DNA of 32,000 nucleotides from Ignicoccus pacificus DSM 13166 (GTDB lineage Archaea; Thermoproteota; Thermoprotei_A; Sulfolobales; Ignicoccaceae): contig CP006868.1 of the NCBI GenBank assembly GCA_025340205.1, positions 960,001 through 992,000 on the forward strand, written 5' to 3'. A program made the position numbers and the translations under genes. The notes under the pieces are model-generated. The model did no database searches. It saw nothing but the letters and a program-made list of their open reading frames with translations, and was not told the origin of the DNA. How positions within the stretch are numbered: the first letter of the stretch is position 1; each line of letters opens with the position of its first letter. This document shows, piece after piece, positions 24,581 through 32,000 of the stretch.

Positions 24581-27019
24581 TTATTCGAAGTCAAACAGCT
24601 TTTTACCTTTCATGGCTAAGAACATCTCCACGCTGGAGTTGCTTACTCCAGTGCCGCCCTCCTTCTCTATTCCCCAATAGTGTCTTAGCGTTCTTCTACC
24701 GAACTCCTTGAGCACGGCTACTTGCTTCTTGAAGCCTATTCTAGTTTCTTCGAACACCTCTTCCCAGTCCCTTCCTTGTAGCACTTTTGTTATCATTACG
24801 ATCTTGGTGTCCTCGTCCAGCTCCGGCCTCCACGCCCTCGGCTGGGACCAGTAGATCAAGGCCAATCTGTAAATCAAGTCGCTAGCCGCCTCGAAGGTCA
24901 TCGGCCCGTAGGAGTAGACCCATAGCCTATCTATATCCACTGGATGGAGGTCAGGGACCTTGAGCTTCGGCTCTATCGGTATGGGATCGGTCTCCAGTAT
25001 CAGCTTGGCAGCGTCCCACTCAAGGCCTCTGTAGTTGAGGTGTAGGGAGAGCAACACCTTTCTCCTGAACAATCTATTGGCCTCCAATATCATGTCGTTT
25101 AGCTTGGGACTCAAAGGCTTCGCTACCAGTATGGTAAACTCTCCGCTGGTGGGATTTCTATCAGGGCTCATGTGGACTGGCAAGAAACCCGACCGGATCC
25201 AGAACCTCAAGAGCTGTGCGGTAACTCCGAAGCCGGAGGCCACCCAGTCGTAGCCCCTCTTCTTGGCCTCCTCGCTCATTCTCTGCAATCCAAAGGTACC
25301 GATGCCCTTTCCTTGCACGTCCGGATGAGTGGCTATTCTGACAACCCTCCACCCTTTAGTCTTCGCAAAGTCCAAGACCCTCAGATGCTTCAGGAACCTG
25401 TCGGGGATGATGTTGCCCGGGATCTTACCTCCTCTGAGCAAGTCCACTACCATGTCGTCGGGAATGGGTCCTTCCTCCGCTAGCTGAAGGGCTCCTACGA
25501 CCTTCCCGGTCTCCGTGGCTACAGCCCTCACCGTATGATGAGGGGCGTCAGCGATCATTCCTAAGTCGTCCGGTTCATTTCTGTAGTGTGCCAGAACGTA
25601 TATCCCGAAGAGCTGCCTTAGAGTCTCCTCCCCCTCCTTAGAGAAGAGCCAATGAGGATCAAGCTTGAGGTACTTGAGCCTTCCCTCTTCTATAGCCTTC
25701 AAGTCCTCTTCATCGAGCTTTGCGGGTTCGGCGTCCAAGAGGAGAACGTCGTAAAGCCACCTCTCGACGGGGTCCCCCTTAGCGTATCTTATAGGTTCAT
25801 CCATGGTGACATGCTTCAGCTCCGTTTCCTTATCCTTTTTGAGTACGGGTAAGAACCTTACGTTGAAGCCCCTTCCCGCCCCCTCGTAACCGTGAATGGT
25901 AGTTGCGAATACGCTCCTCTTGTGGTTCCTCCATATCTTGTGGAGGACGGGAACGGGAATTCCTGCAGCTTCATCAACGACTACCATGTCGGCGTTTCTC
26001 TCAGCAGCCTCCAGGGGAGGCCAGTACTCTACGCTCCAGCCCTCTCCGTGAACTTCGTAGATCAGACCCTTCCTCTCTATTTTCTTAGTCTTCATGCCTA
26101 ACGTTTGTGCTGCTTTTATGAGCAAGTTGAAGAGCGTTTGAACGCCCAAAGGCTCTGCGCTGGTGACTATTACCTTGGTAAAGGCATTTTTTGACTTAGG
26201 GAATATGTAGACGAAACCAGCCAGTCCTATTCCGACCGCCCCGCTCTTACCCCTTCCCCTGTCAGCGGTCACTATGAGCACTCTGTGTCTCTTCTTCCTC
26301 CCCAACATCCACTCTAAGCTCTTTATTACGTTCACTTGGTCTTGGGTAAGGGCTAAGGAGTAAAGCTTCCTCGGGAACTGACCCTTTTCAGGAGGCTCGG
26401 GCTTTTTGGGAACGTACTTGGGACTCTCAAACTTCTCCTGTTTTATTATCCTTTCCTCATCGGCATGCCAGACGTGGCTTGGATGCTCCATTATCTTCCT
26501 CTTGAACCAAGTGATGAAGACGTGCCTGGGTTCGGGATACTGAGGAACGCACAAGTTCATCTTGAACAAGGTCTTCAGCGTATCCCAGTTCTCCCACTTC
26601 GGTACGAGCAAGATTACGGGGGAGCCTCCCTCAACTACCTCCACAAGTCTGCCCACGTCGTTTGGCTTGAGGTCCTTAGTTAGGTCCAATACTAACCCTT
26701 GGTAGGTGGTTCCTAGAAGACGGTTGGAAGCCTCGTACACGTTTATATCAAGTTTGAAGGTCTCTGCCTTTTCCTTAACAGCCTCTTTTACAATATCCTT
26801 TATCTTCCTAGCCTCTGGGAACTCGTCATGAAAGACGTATAGGACCCTCCCATCTTCTAGACCCCTTATCCTCCTAAGCCTATCGTAGGTAAGCAACACC
26901 TCCTTAGCGGCCTCGCCCACCTTCTCGGGGTCGTCTCCGGAAATCACCACGAGTCTTCTGTGTCTTCCTTCCATAGCGTTTTCCAAATCCTCTTCCAGCT
27001 CTGTCAAGAACTTCTTCAT
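24581..27019 (-). CDS. tmcA: tRNA/RNA cytidine N4-acetyltransferase (TmcA / Nat10 homologue)
   Basis: 812 aa with an N-terminal RHRRLVVISG (DUF1726-like), Walker A TADRGRGKSGAVG, DEAAGIPVP, and a GNAT segment with RIATHPDVQGKGIG. A C-terminal tRNA-binding-like domain follows. Confidence 0.87.
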   Translation of the reverse strand: MKKFLTELEEDLENAMEGRHRRLVVISGDDPEKVGEAAKEVLLTYDRLRRIRGLEDGRVLYVFHDEFPEARKIKDIVKEAVKEKAETFKLDINVYEASNRLLGTTYQGLVLDLTKDLKPNDVGRLVEVVEGGSPVILLVPKWENWDTLKTLFKMNLCVPQYPEPRHVFITWFKRKIMEHPSHVWHADEERIIKQEKFESPKYVPKKPEPPEKGQFPRKLYSLALTQDQVNVIKSLEWMLGRKKRHRVLIVTADRGRGKSGAVGIGLAGFVYIFPKSKNAFTKVIVTSAEPLGVQTLFNLLIKAAQTLGMKTKKIERKGLIYEVHGEGWSVEYWPPLEAAERNADMVVVDEAAGIPVPVLHKIWRNHKRSVFATTIHGYEGAGRGFNVRFLPVLKKDKETELKHVTMDEPIRYAKGDPVERWLYDVLLLDAEPAKLDEEDLKAIEEGRLKYLKLDPHWLFSKEGEETLRQLFGIYVLAHYRNEPDDLGMIADAPHHTVRAVATETGKVVGALQLAEEGPIPDDMVVDLLRGGKIPGNIIPDRFLKHLRVLDFAKTKGWRVVRIATHPDVQGKGIGTFGLQRMSEEAKKRGYDWVASGFGVTAQLLRFWIRSGFLPVHMSPDRNPTSGEFTILVAKPLSPKLNDMILEANRLFRRKVLLSLHLNYRGLEWDAAKLILETDPIPIEPKLKVPDLHPVDIDRLWVYSYGPMTFEAASDLIYRLALIYWSQPRAWRPELDEDTKIVMITKVLQGRDWEEVFEETRIGFKKQVAVLKEFGRRTLRHYWGIEKEGGTGVSNSSVEMFLAMKGKKLFDFE

Positions 27020-27572
27020 TTGTCTGCCCTCTCTCCGTGCCCTTGCGGAGAGTTTTGAAGAGACCCCCGAGAGATGCTAAGAGAGAAGGGGCGGGAAGCC
27101 CCCTGCTCGCTACTTCTACGTACGTAACATTCGAGCAGATGCAAGTCCTCCTCAAAGCCTCTCCTGGCGCTAACTGGAGCTCGCCACAAGGTAAGCTGAT
27201 GAGTATTGAGGGTAAGAAGGGGCAATGGGCTTGGACGAACTCTATTCCGCCGTTCAGCGTTCTGTCGTTTAGCACCACGTCCACTGGATACATTACCGTG
27301 GTAAAGGTGCACGATTGAAGAGGATCGTAGCTTGTGTAGCTAGTCGGAGTTACCTTGGAATTTATTATAGTGATAGTGGCAGTTAGGGAGAAAGATGGAT
27401 ATGCTAAGAGAAGTAGGGCAAGTGCTCCAAAAAGAACGCTATCGCTCCCGCCAGGATTCCTACTACGAAGAAGTAGATGAAGGAAATGGGATCGGACGTG
27501 CTCAGAAAGGCTACTATGGCCATAGCAAGCCCAACCGAGAACGCTCCTAGAGCCGAGCTTCCCGAACCTCAT
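26904..27572 (-). CDS. hypothetical single-pass membrane protein with Cys-containing extracytoplasmic domain; 3' end doubtful
   Basis: Its ATG at 27572 shares one nucleotide with the nob1 stop (TGATG). The protein has a basic His-rich N-terminus, one hydrophobic helix (VLFGALALLLLAYPSF), then a beta-rich segment with five Cys. The last 116 nt run out of frame across the tmcA start and encode an R/G-rich tail that looks non-native. Confidence 0.4.
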   Translation of the reverse strand: MRFGKLGSRSVLGWACYGHSSLSEHVRSHFLHLLLRSRNPGGSDSVLFGALALLLLAYPSFSLTATITIINSKVTPTSYTSYDPLQSCTFTTVMYPVDVVLNDRTLNGGIEFVQAHCPFLPSILISLPCGELQLAPGEALRRTCICSNVTYVEVASRGLPAPSLLASLGGLFKTLRKGTERGQTNEEVLDRAGRGFGKRYGRKTQKTRGDFRRRPREGGRGR

Positions 27573-28165
27573 CACCCATCTCTACGTCTCTTCCTCTTAC
27601 CCCTCACCCTCCTCTTCAGAACTGTTCCACAGACCGGACACACCTTGTACTCAGGAGGGTAGCTTCTCTTGCAAGCCGGACAGAACTTCTCCCACTTGAT
27701 GTTTCCGTCTATTCCCTTAGTACGGACGCTCTTCCATTCTATTCCTAAGGCTTGTGCTACGTTGAGAACCCCGTAATCGTCGCTGAGTAGCAGAGCGTTC
27801 AGCTGAAGAGCAAGGGCCACGACCTTAACGTCCGTCTCAGAAAGGTCTTCCCCAAGTTCTCGTGCCTTTTCCATTACGATTTTCACGTACCTTTGATCGG
27901 GAGATACTACCTTGAGCTTGTAAATGTACCTCTCGAGGGCGCTCTTTGAGTTTGAGTCCTTAACTTCCTCTAAGTTATCTGGCGTGGTGTAGTTCTCTCC
28001 CGGCATCAAAGCTGGCATGCCGGCCAGCAGCGAGCCAGTGTCGTGAACTATAGGCCTCAAAGATCTCAAACCCCCTTCTCCTTTTGAACGACCGGCGATG
28101 AAGTCAGCCCCGCGGGCCATGATCGGTGATGAGAGACCGCCGCGCTTCCCTGAGCCTTTAGGCAT
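27572..28165 (-). CDS. nob1: Nob1-type endoribonuclease (PIN domain plus C-terminal zinc ribbon)
   Basis: PIN-like IVHDTGSLLAG and LLLSDDYGVLNVA, followed by the zinc ribbon CPACKRSYPPEYKVCPVCG and a basic tail. The start is uncertain. ATG 28120 (MARGADF) is plausible because only 38 nt separate position 28165 from the divergent rmlB start. Confidence 0.7.
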   Translation of the reverse strand: MPKGSGKRGGLSSPIMARGADFIAGRSKGEGGLRSLRPIVHDTGSLLAGMPALMPGENYTTPDNLEEVKDSNSKSALERYIYKLKVVSPDQRYVKIVMEKARELGEDLSETDVKVVALALQLNALLLSDDYGVLNVAQALGIEWKSVRTKGIDGNIKWEKFCPACKRSYPPEYKVCPVCGTVLKRRVRGKRKRRRDG

Positions 28166-28203
28166 CTATTAGTTCCGGGACCTCTCGGTCACGGGGAAGA
28201 AAC

Positions 28204-29190
28204 TTGAGGATAGTAGTCACGGGCGGAGCAGGATTCATGGGTTCAAACCTCGTGGAGTACTTGGTAAACCAAGGTCACGAAGTAGTGGTATTTGATAAGT
28301 TTACTTATGCTGCAAATATAAACAATCTAAAAGAGGTCTTGGATAAGATAAGCATAAGGAAAGTCGACATAGCTGATAAGGAGGCTTTGATGAAAGCTTT
28401 CGATGAAGTCAAACCAGAAAGAGTGTTCCACCTAGCGGCGGAGACTCACGTGGATAGGAGCTACAAGTATCCTGAAGTCTTCGTGAGGACAAACGTCCAA
28501 GGCACCATAAACATGCTAGAAGCTGCTAGGAAGTTTGATTTCGAACTAATAGTTACCAGCACCGATGAGGTTTACGGTGACAGATGGGGGAAACCACCTT
28601 GTGATGAGGAGTGTAAGCTCGATCCCACAAACCCTTACTCCGCCTCCAAGGCTACTGCAGACATGTTCATAAACGCCTACTTTAAGAGTTATGGCATAAA
28701 CGTCAAGGTAGTTAGACCCTCTAACAACTACGGACCTCGTCAGTACCCGGAGAAGCTCATTCCGAGGACAATATTCAGGATACTCAACAACTTACCCCCT
28801 CAGATCCACGGTACCGGAGAGCAGCTAAGGGATTGGCTCTACGTGAAGGACTTCTGTGAGGGCATAGTTACGGTAGCTGAGAAGGGAGTCAAAGGGGAGA
28901 TATATAACATGCCGGCGGGGAACGAAAGGAGCGTTCTGGAGGTGGTCAAGACCATACTAAGGATAATGGGAAAGCCGGAGGATTGGATAGAGTTCTTGCC
29001 GGATAGGCCTTATCAAGATAGGAGATATGCCATGAAAGGTGACAAGATAAGGTCCTTGGGTTGGAAGCCCAAGACTCCCTTTGAGGAGGGTATGAGGAAG
29101 ACCGTGAAGTGGTACTTGGAGAAGGGCAGAGAGTGGTGGGACAAGCAGAATATCGAGCAAGAGATTAAGAGTGCTCCGACTCATCGGTAA
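28204..29190 (+). CDS. rfbB: dTDP-glucose 4,6-dehydratase
   Basis: 328 aa with a TTG start. Motifs include VTGGAGFMGSN, STDEVYGD and YSASKATADMF (the YxxxK catalytic motif), plus NNYGPRQYPEKLIP. Confidence 0.87.
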   Translation: MRIVVTGGAGFMGSNLVEYLVNQGHEVVVFDKFTYAANINNLKEVLDKISIRKVDIADKEALMKAFDEVKPERVFHLAAETHVDRSYKYPEVFVRTNVQGTINMLEAARKFDFELIVTSTDEVYGDRWGKPPCDEECKLDPTNPYSASKATADMFINAYFKSYGINVKVVRPSNNYGPRQYPEKLIPRTIFRILNNLPPQIHGTGEQLRDWLYVKDFCEGIVTVAEKGVKGEIYNMPAGNERSVLEVVKTILRIMGKPEDWIEFLPDRPYQDRRYAMKGDKIRSLGWKPKTPFEEGMRKTVKWYLEKGREWWDKQNIEQEIKSAPTHR

Positions 29191-29227
29191 AGATTTGATA
29201 GAAATAAAGGCACCAACGTTAAAGCAA

Positions 29228-29236
29228 TTTGTTTTT
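29228..29236 (+). terminator. oligo-T stretch after rfbB (candidate archaeal terminator)
   Basis: TTTGTTTTT lies 38 nt after the rfbB stop. A TTTTATAC TATA-like box for the next gene follows at 29245-29252. Confidence 0.35.
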
Positions 29237-29286
29237 CGAGCTCCTTTTATACCCTTAAGTTAGAGTTAGGTAATCGGAGTGAGGAG

Positions 29287-29823
29287 TTGAGCATGGAAAA
29301 TGTAGTAAGTATGAAGGAAGAACTCAAGAAAGAATTTTATGAAAGCGTGATTTTCGAATATCTGTATGCTTCAACCTCGGAGCTCTTTGGCGATGTAGCC
29401 GCTCGTCAATTAATTTACAAGATAATGAAAGACGCCGCAAAGAGGATGACACTAAAAGTACATGATCTAATAAGAGAGGTTATTAGCGAGAACCCTTGCA
29501 ACTGGTTTCGCTTCATATATTCAATCTTTGATATAGAGCTAGCCAGCTGTAATATAGATGGGAATAAAGGTGAGCTTAAAATAAGGAAGTGTACCCTTAT
29601 ACAGAAGTATAAGGACAAAGCCGAGCACAGTGCATGTATAACTATGTTCGCCATAATAGCTGGCTTCGTGGAGGCGTTAAGCGGTCATCGGGTCATGATA
29701 GAGTCTCCTTGGGGAAGGTTAGGTCATCCTAGGCCCACGCTCAAGGTCAAGGTGATAAAGAGCGGTGTCGATGAGCTCAATTGTTGCCACTTCTTGGTGG
29801 AGGTGGTAGGTGAAAGTGGTTAA
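29287..29823 (+). CDS. hypothetical protein, tentatively V4R-domain (small-molecule/hydrocarbon-binding) like
   Basis: 178 aa; ATG 29293 is the more likely start. The pattern of an N-terminal helical segment, then KC....C.TMF..IAGFVEALSG and a C-terminal NCCHFLVEV, resembles the Cys pattern I recall for archaeal COG1719/V4R proteins. The DNA here is A/T-rich. Confidence 0.45.
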   Translation: MSMENVVSMKEELKKEFYESVIFEYLYASTSELFGDVAARQLIYKIMKDAAKRMTLKVHDLIREVISENPCNWFRFIYSIFDIELASCNIDGNKGELKIRKCTLIQKYKDKAEHSACITMFAIIAGFVEALSGHRVMIESPWGRLGHPRPTLKVKVIKSGVDELNCCHFLVEVVGESG

Positions 29824-30355
29824 ACCCTACGAGGTAGAGGCGAGGTTCATAGTATCCAATGATTTTAAGGACAAGTTAGAGAAAATGGGATTCAAGGTAA
29901 CCAAGGAGTACAGATTCACGGATCACTTCTTCAGACCTAGAGGGGGATGGAGGGGAAACAAGTCCTTAAGGGCCAGGGATTGGGGTGAGTTCTGTGAGGT
30001 GCTGTTCGATCATATAGAAGTTTTCGAGAGAGATGGAATAAAGGTGAAGAGGAGCATATACCCGGAGGGTAAGGTGAAACTGTATGAAGGTACTCTTGAA
30101 AGTTGTCTGAAACTGTTGGAAGACATGGAGTTCGAGAAGTGTGGCGAGATAAAGAAGGATATAGGATACCTAATGAGCGATGGAGAGCTAATGGTTGCTC
30201 TGGAAAAGATAAACGGTAAGTGGGTCTTGGAAATAGAGCTCAATGGGGAGGACTTGGATAAAGCAATAGAGGAGATGAAGAAGGCTATGAGAAAGCTAGG
30301 CCTCGGGAAACCCAGCGGAACGAGCACGAGGGAACTCTTTGGTCTGAGATGTTAA
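29810..30355 (+). CDS. CYTH-domain protein (class IV adenylyl cyclase / triphosphate tunnel metalloenzyme family)
   Basis: 181 aa. The N-terminus YEVEARF is an ExExK-like motif with R in place of K. Further elements are LRAR, VALEKINGKWVLEIEL and alternating charged beta-strands, as in CyaB/ThTPase. The GTG start follows GGAGGTG at 29798-29804. Confidence 0.6.
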   Translation: MKVVKPYEVEARFIVSNDFKDKLEKMGFKVTKEYRFTDHFFRPRGGWRGNKSLRARDWGEFCEVLFDHIEVFERDGIKVKRSIYPEGKVKLYEGTLESCLKLLEDMEFEKCGEIKKDIGYLMSDGELMVALEKINGKWVLEIELNGEDLDKAIEEMKKAMRKLGLGKPSGTSTRELFGLRC

Positions 30356-30801
30356 TAGTACCAGTACCAAACTCCCCTCCTCTCCAAGAACCCCTCGCAC
30401 TCCCCTTGAGGGAGACAGTCCACTATCTGGCCTGAGTAGACCAGCGGATAGGGAGGACCCCTCAACGCGTAAACCGGGTCATATCCTCTGGATCCCCTCA
30501 CGACCTTCCCTCCCCCGCACTCGCAAACTATTGCCTCGCCCCACTCCCCCTTAATCCTTTCACATTTCGGAACTTCAGAGGTAGGGCACACCTCATATCT
30601 TATCTTTTCACATCGAAGACAATGAATTCTATGTAAAGGTATCTGCGTGTCCCAAGGATCCACCAAGGAGCCTCCATAAAGGGCGTAGCAAGCCAATGGC
30701 CTTATGAGCACCCTAATGTTCTTTCCCTGCCTGTTTATTATTCCAACAACGCACTTATCCAGCTCCTTAGCATACGCGTTCTTCAAAAGCTCCTCCAGCA
30801 A
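30352..30801 (-). CDS. hypothetical 10-cysteine protein (N-terminal part faintly DUF504/MJ1316-like)
   Basis: 149 aa with a TTG start. Cys lie at positions 17, 38, 61, 64, 72, 80, 93, 95, 129 and 135 (CLRC, Cx7C, CEC, Cx5C). An IPLHRI motif is present. The C-terminus is aromatic (WYWYY). Confidence 0.5.
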   Translation of the reverse strand: MLEELLKNAYAKELDKCVVGIINRQGKNIRVLIRPLACYALYGGSLVDPWDTQIPLHRIHCLRCEKIRYEVCPTSEVPKCERIKGEWGEAIVCECGGGKVVRGSRGYDPVYALRGPPYPLVYSGQIVDCLPQGECEGFLERRGVWYWYY

Positions 30802-30867
30802 CGCTGAAGACCCTACTCAGCATCCGATGAAGAGGTCTTTAACGAGCGAGCGTTTCGAGGGAGAGGT

Positions 30868-31887
30868 GTGGGAAACATGATAATAGTCTTAAAGGAGAGA
30901 GAAAGGGGTACCGAGGTCAAGAACCTTCTTCAAGAGAAGGGATTGAAGTTCTGGGAGGTCACCCTTTACGGGAGACCTCTCATAGTGACTCCTCCGGGAA
31001 CCTACCTAGAGGAAGTCAAGGACCTTCCTGGAGTGGAGCTGGTGCTAAACCCCAAGGTAAAGTATCCCTTAGCCTCTAGGGAGTTTAAGCAAGACGATAC
31101 GGTAGTGGAGATAGGAGGAAAGGCAAGGCTAGGAGGAGGGTACTTCTCAGTCATAGCCGGACCTTGTTCTGTCGAGAGTGAGGAGCAAATACTCGCCGCA
31201 GCGGAGGTTGTGAAAAGAGAAGGAGGAGCCGCGCTGAGAGGCGGAGCCTACAAGCCTAGGACCAATCCTTACTCCTTCCAAGGCTTGGGAGAGAAAGGGT
31301 TGGAGCTACTGGCAAAGGCTAGGGAGGCTACGGGACTCCCTATAGTGACCGAAGTGATGGACACTAGAGACGTTAAGAAGGTAGCTGAAGTGGCTGACGC
31401 CCTTCAAATAGGCGCGAGGAACATGCAGAACTTCCCATTGCTTAAGGAAGTAAGCAAGGTGGATAAGCCAGTTATCCTGAAGAGGGGACTGGGTAACACT
31501 ACGGAGGAGTGGTTTCAAGCGTCCGAGTACATACTCCTTGGAGGAAACGGAGGGGTAATCCTCTGCGAGAGAGGTATTAGGACGTTCGAGACTGCTACTA
31601 GGTTTACCTTAGATATAGCCGCTGTTCCCGTGGCTAAGAAGAAGGTTCACCTACCGGTCATAGTAGATCCCTCCCACCCAGCTGGTAAGAGGGACTTGGT
31701 CGAGCCCTTAGCGCTAGCTGGAATAGCCGCTGGAGCTGATGGCCTTATCGTGGAGGTCCATCCAAATCCGGACAAGGCCCTCAGCGACGCCGCCCAGCAA
31801 CTCACCTTCGAGCAGTTTAAGGATCTAATGAAGAAGGTAAGGGCGCTCGTGGAGGTTATGGGGAAGAAGCTCGTAACTCTTCAGTGA
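30868..31887 (+). CDS. aroF: 3-deoxy-7-phosphoheptulonate (DAHP) synthase, type I-beta with N-terminal ferredoxin-like regulatory domain
   Basis: 339 aa with [40 protein letters not shown] and DPSH. About 80 extra N-terminal residues resemble the regulatory domain of Thermotoga-type enzymes. Confidence 0.88.
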   Translation: MGNMIIVLKERERGTEVKNLLQEKGLKFWEVTLYGRPLIVTPPGTYLEEVKDLPGVELVLNPKVKYPLASREFKQDDTVVEIGGKARLGGGYFSVIAGPCSVESEEQILAAAEVVKREGGAALRGGAYKPRTNPYSFQGLGEKGLELLAKAREATGLPIVTEVMDTRDVKKVAEVADALQIGARNMQNFPLLKEVSKVDKPVILKRGLGNTTEEWFQASEYILLGGNGGVILCERGIRTFETATRFTLDIAAVPVAKKKVHLPVIVDPSHPAGKRDLVEPLALAGIAAGADGLIVEVHPNPDKALSDAAQQLTFEQFKDLMKKVRALVEVMGKKLVTLQ

Positions 31888-32000
31888 TCATTTCTAACGC
31901 CAATCCCAGCTCTCCAAGGGAACCCTCCAACTCCGCACACTTTTCCATGAGGGCTCTGAGAAGTCTTTCTATAGCCTCCAACCTTTCGACGAGGTCCTCG
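31856..32000 (-). CDS. C-terminal end of an unidentified gene running in from beyond the window (helical, possibly coiled coil)
   Basis: My translation of the minus strand gives ..[47 protein letters not shown] followed by a stop at TAA 31856-31858. A 32-nt convergent overlap with aroF would match other gene pairs here. Only 47 codons are visible. Confidence 0.25.
   Translation of the reverse strand, partial: EDLVERLEAIERLLRALMEKCAELEGSLGELGLALEMITEELRASSP

Noticed and set aside
27016-27318. Alternative ORFs 27016..27312 (minus) and 27037..27318 (plus) in the nob1-tmcA spacer.
   Set aside because: Both give Arg/Pro/Ser-rich products that do not look like proteins. I kept the minus frame only as a possible post-frameshift C-terminal frame (see the finding). 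I do not call either as an independent gene.
1-32000. Scan for CRISPR repeats, IS elements or transposases, integrases next to the tRNA, rRNA genes, inteins and tRNA introns.
   Set aside because: I saw no regularly spaced direct repeats. No ORF has transposase, integrase or Cas-like motifs. I noticed no duplicated tRNA 3' fragment (att-like site). Long-range repeats cannot be excluded by eye and would need a self-dot-plot.

Overview
This window is a very compact stretch of archaeal chromosome carrying mainly housekeeping genes. I count about 40 protein-coding genes and one tRNA-Lys(UUU), with almost no non-coding DNA. The gene content points to a hyperthermophilic crenarchaeote. It includes fibrillarin, a Nob1-type PIN/zinc-ribbon nuclease, a TmcA/Nat10-type RNA cytidine acetyltransferase and Thi4. 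It also includes a ThrRS with the archaeal N-terminal editing domain but a degenerate catalytic core. Codon usage is rich in AGG/AGA/ATA, and A/T-rich TATA-like boxes sit 25-45 nt upstream of starts. Recognisable functions fall into these groups:
- Translation and RNA maturation: hisS, thrS-like, gatA, flpA, nob1, tmcA.
- Amino-acid, cofactor and sugar metabolism: leuD-like, cimA, trpG, trpC, DAHP synthase, thi4, mobB, a WtpA-like W/Mo binding protein, an RFAP-synthase-family protein, and dTDP-glucose 4,6-dehydratase (rmlB; sugar-nucleotide metabolism).
- Protein repair and ion handling: pcm, crcB.
- Envelope functions: a GT2 glycosyltransferase and a CcmF-like haem lyase.
I found no CRISPR array, rRNA, transposase, integrase, obvious prophage or recognisable defence island. 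I cannot point to a clear novel multi-gene system. The most unusual items are single genes or gene pairs:
1. A tail-anchored coiled-coil protein whose heptad core is almost entirely methionine, placed directly upstream of hisS.
2. An 8-Cys duplicated-motif protein translationally coupled (GTGA) to mobB, near a W/Mo binding protein.
3. A CcmF-like protein with a roughly 460-aa sequon-rich extracytoplasmic insertion.
4. A 50-aa zinc-ribbon ORF, below the ORF-track cut-off, ATGA-coupled to fibrillarin.
5. A nob1 / membrane ORF / tmcA operon with a 116-nt out-of-frame overlap.
6. An overlapping V4R-like and CYTH gene pair.
All functional calls rest on motif recognition by eye and need HMM or BLAST confirmation.
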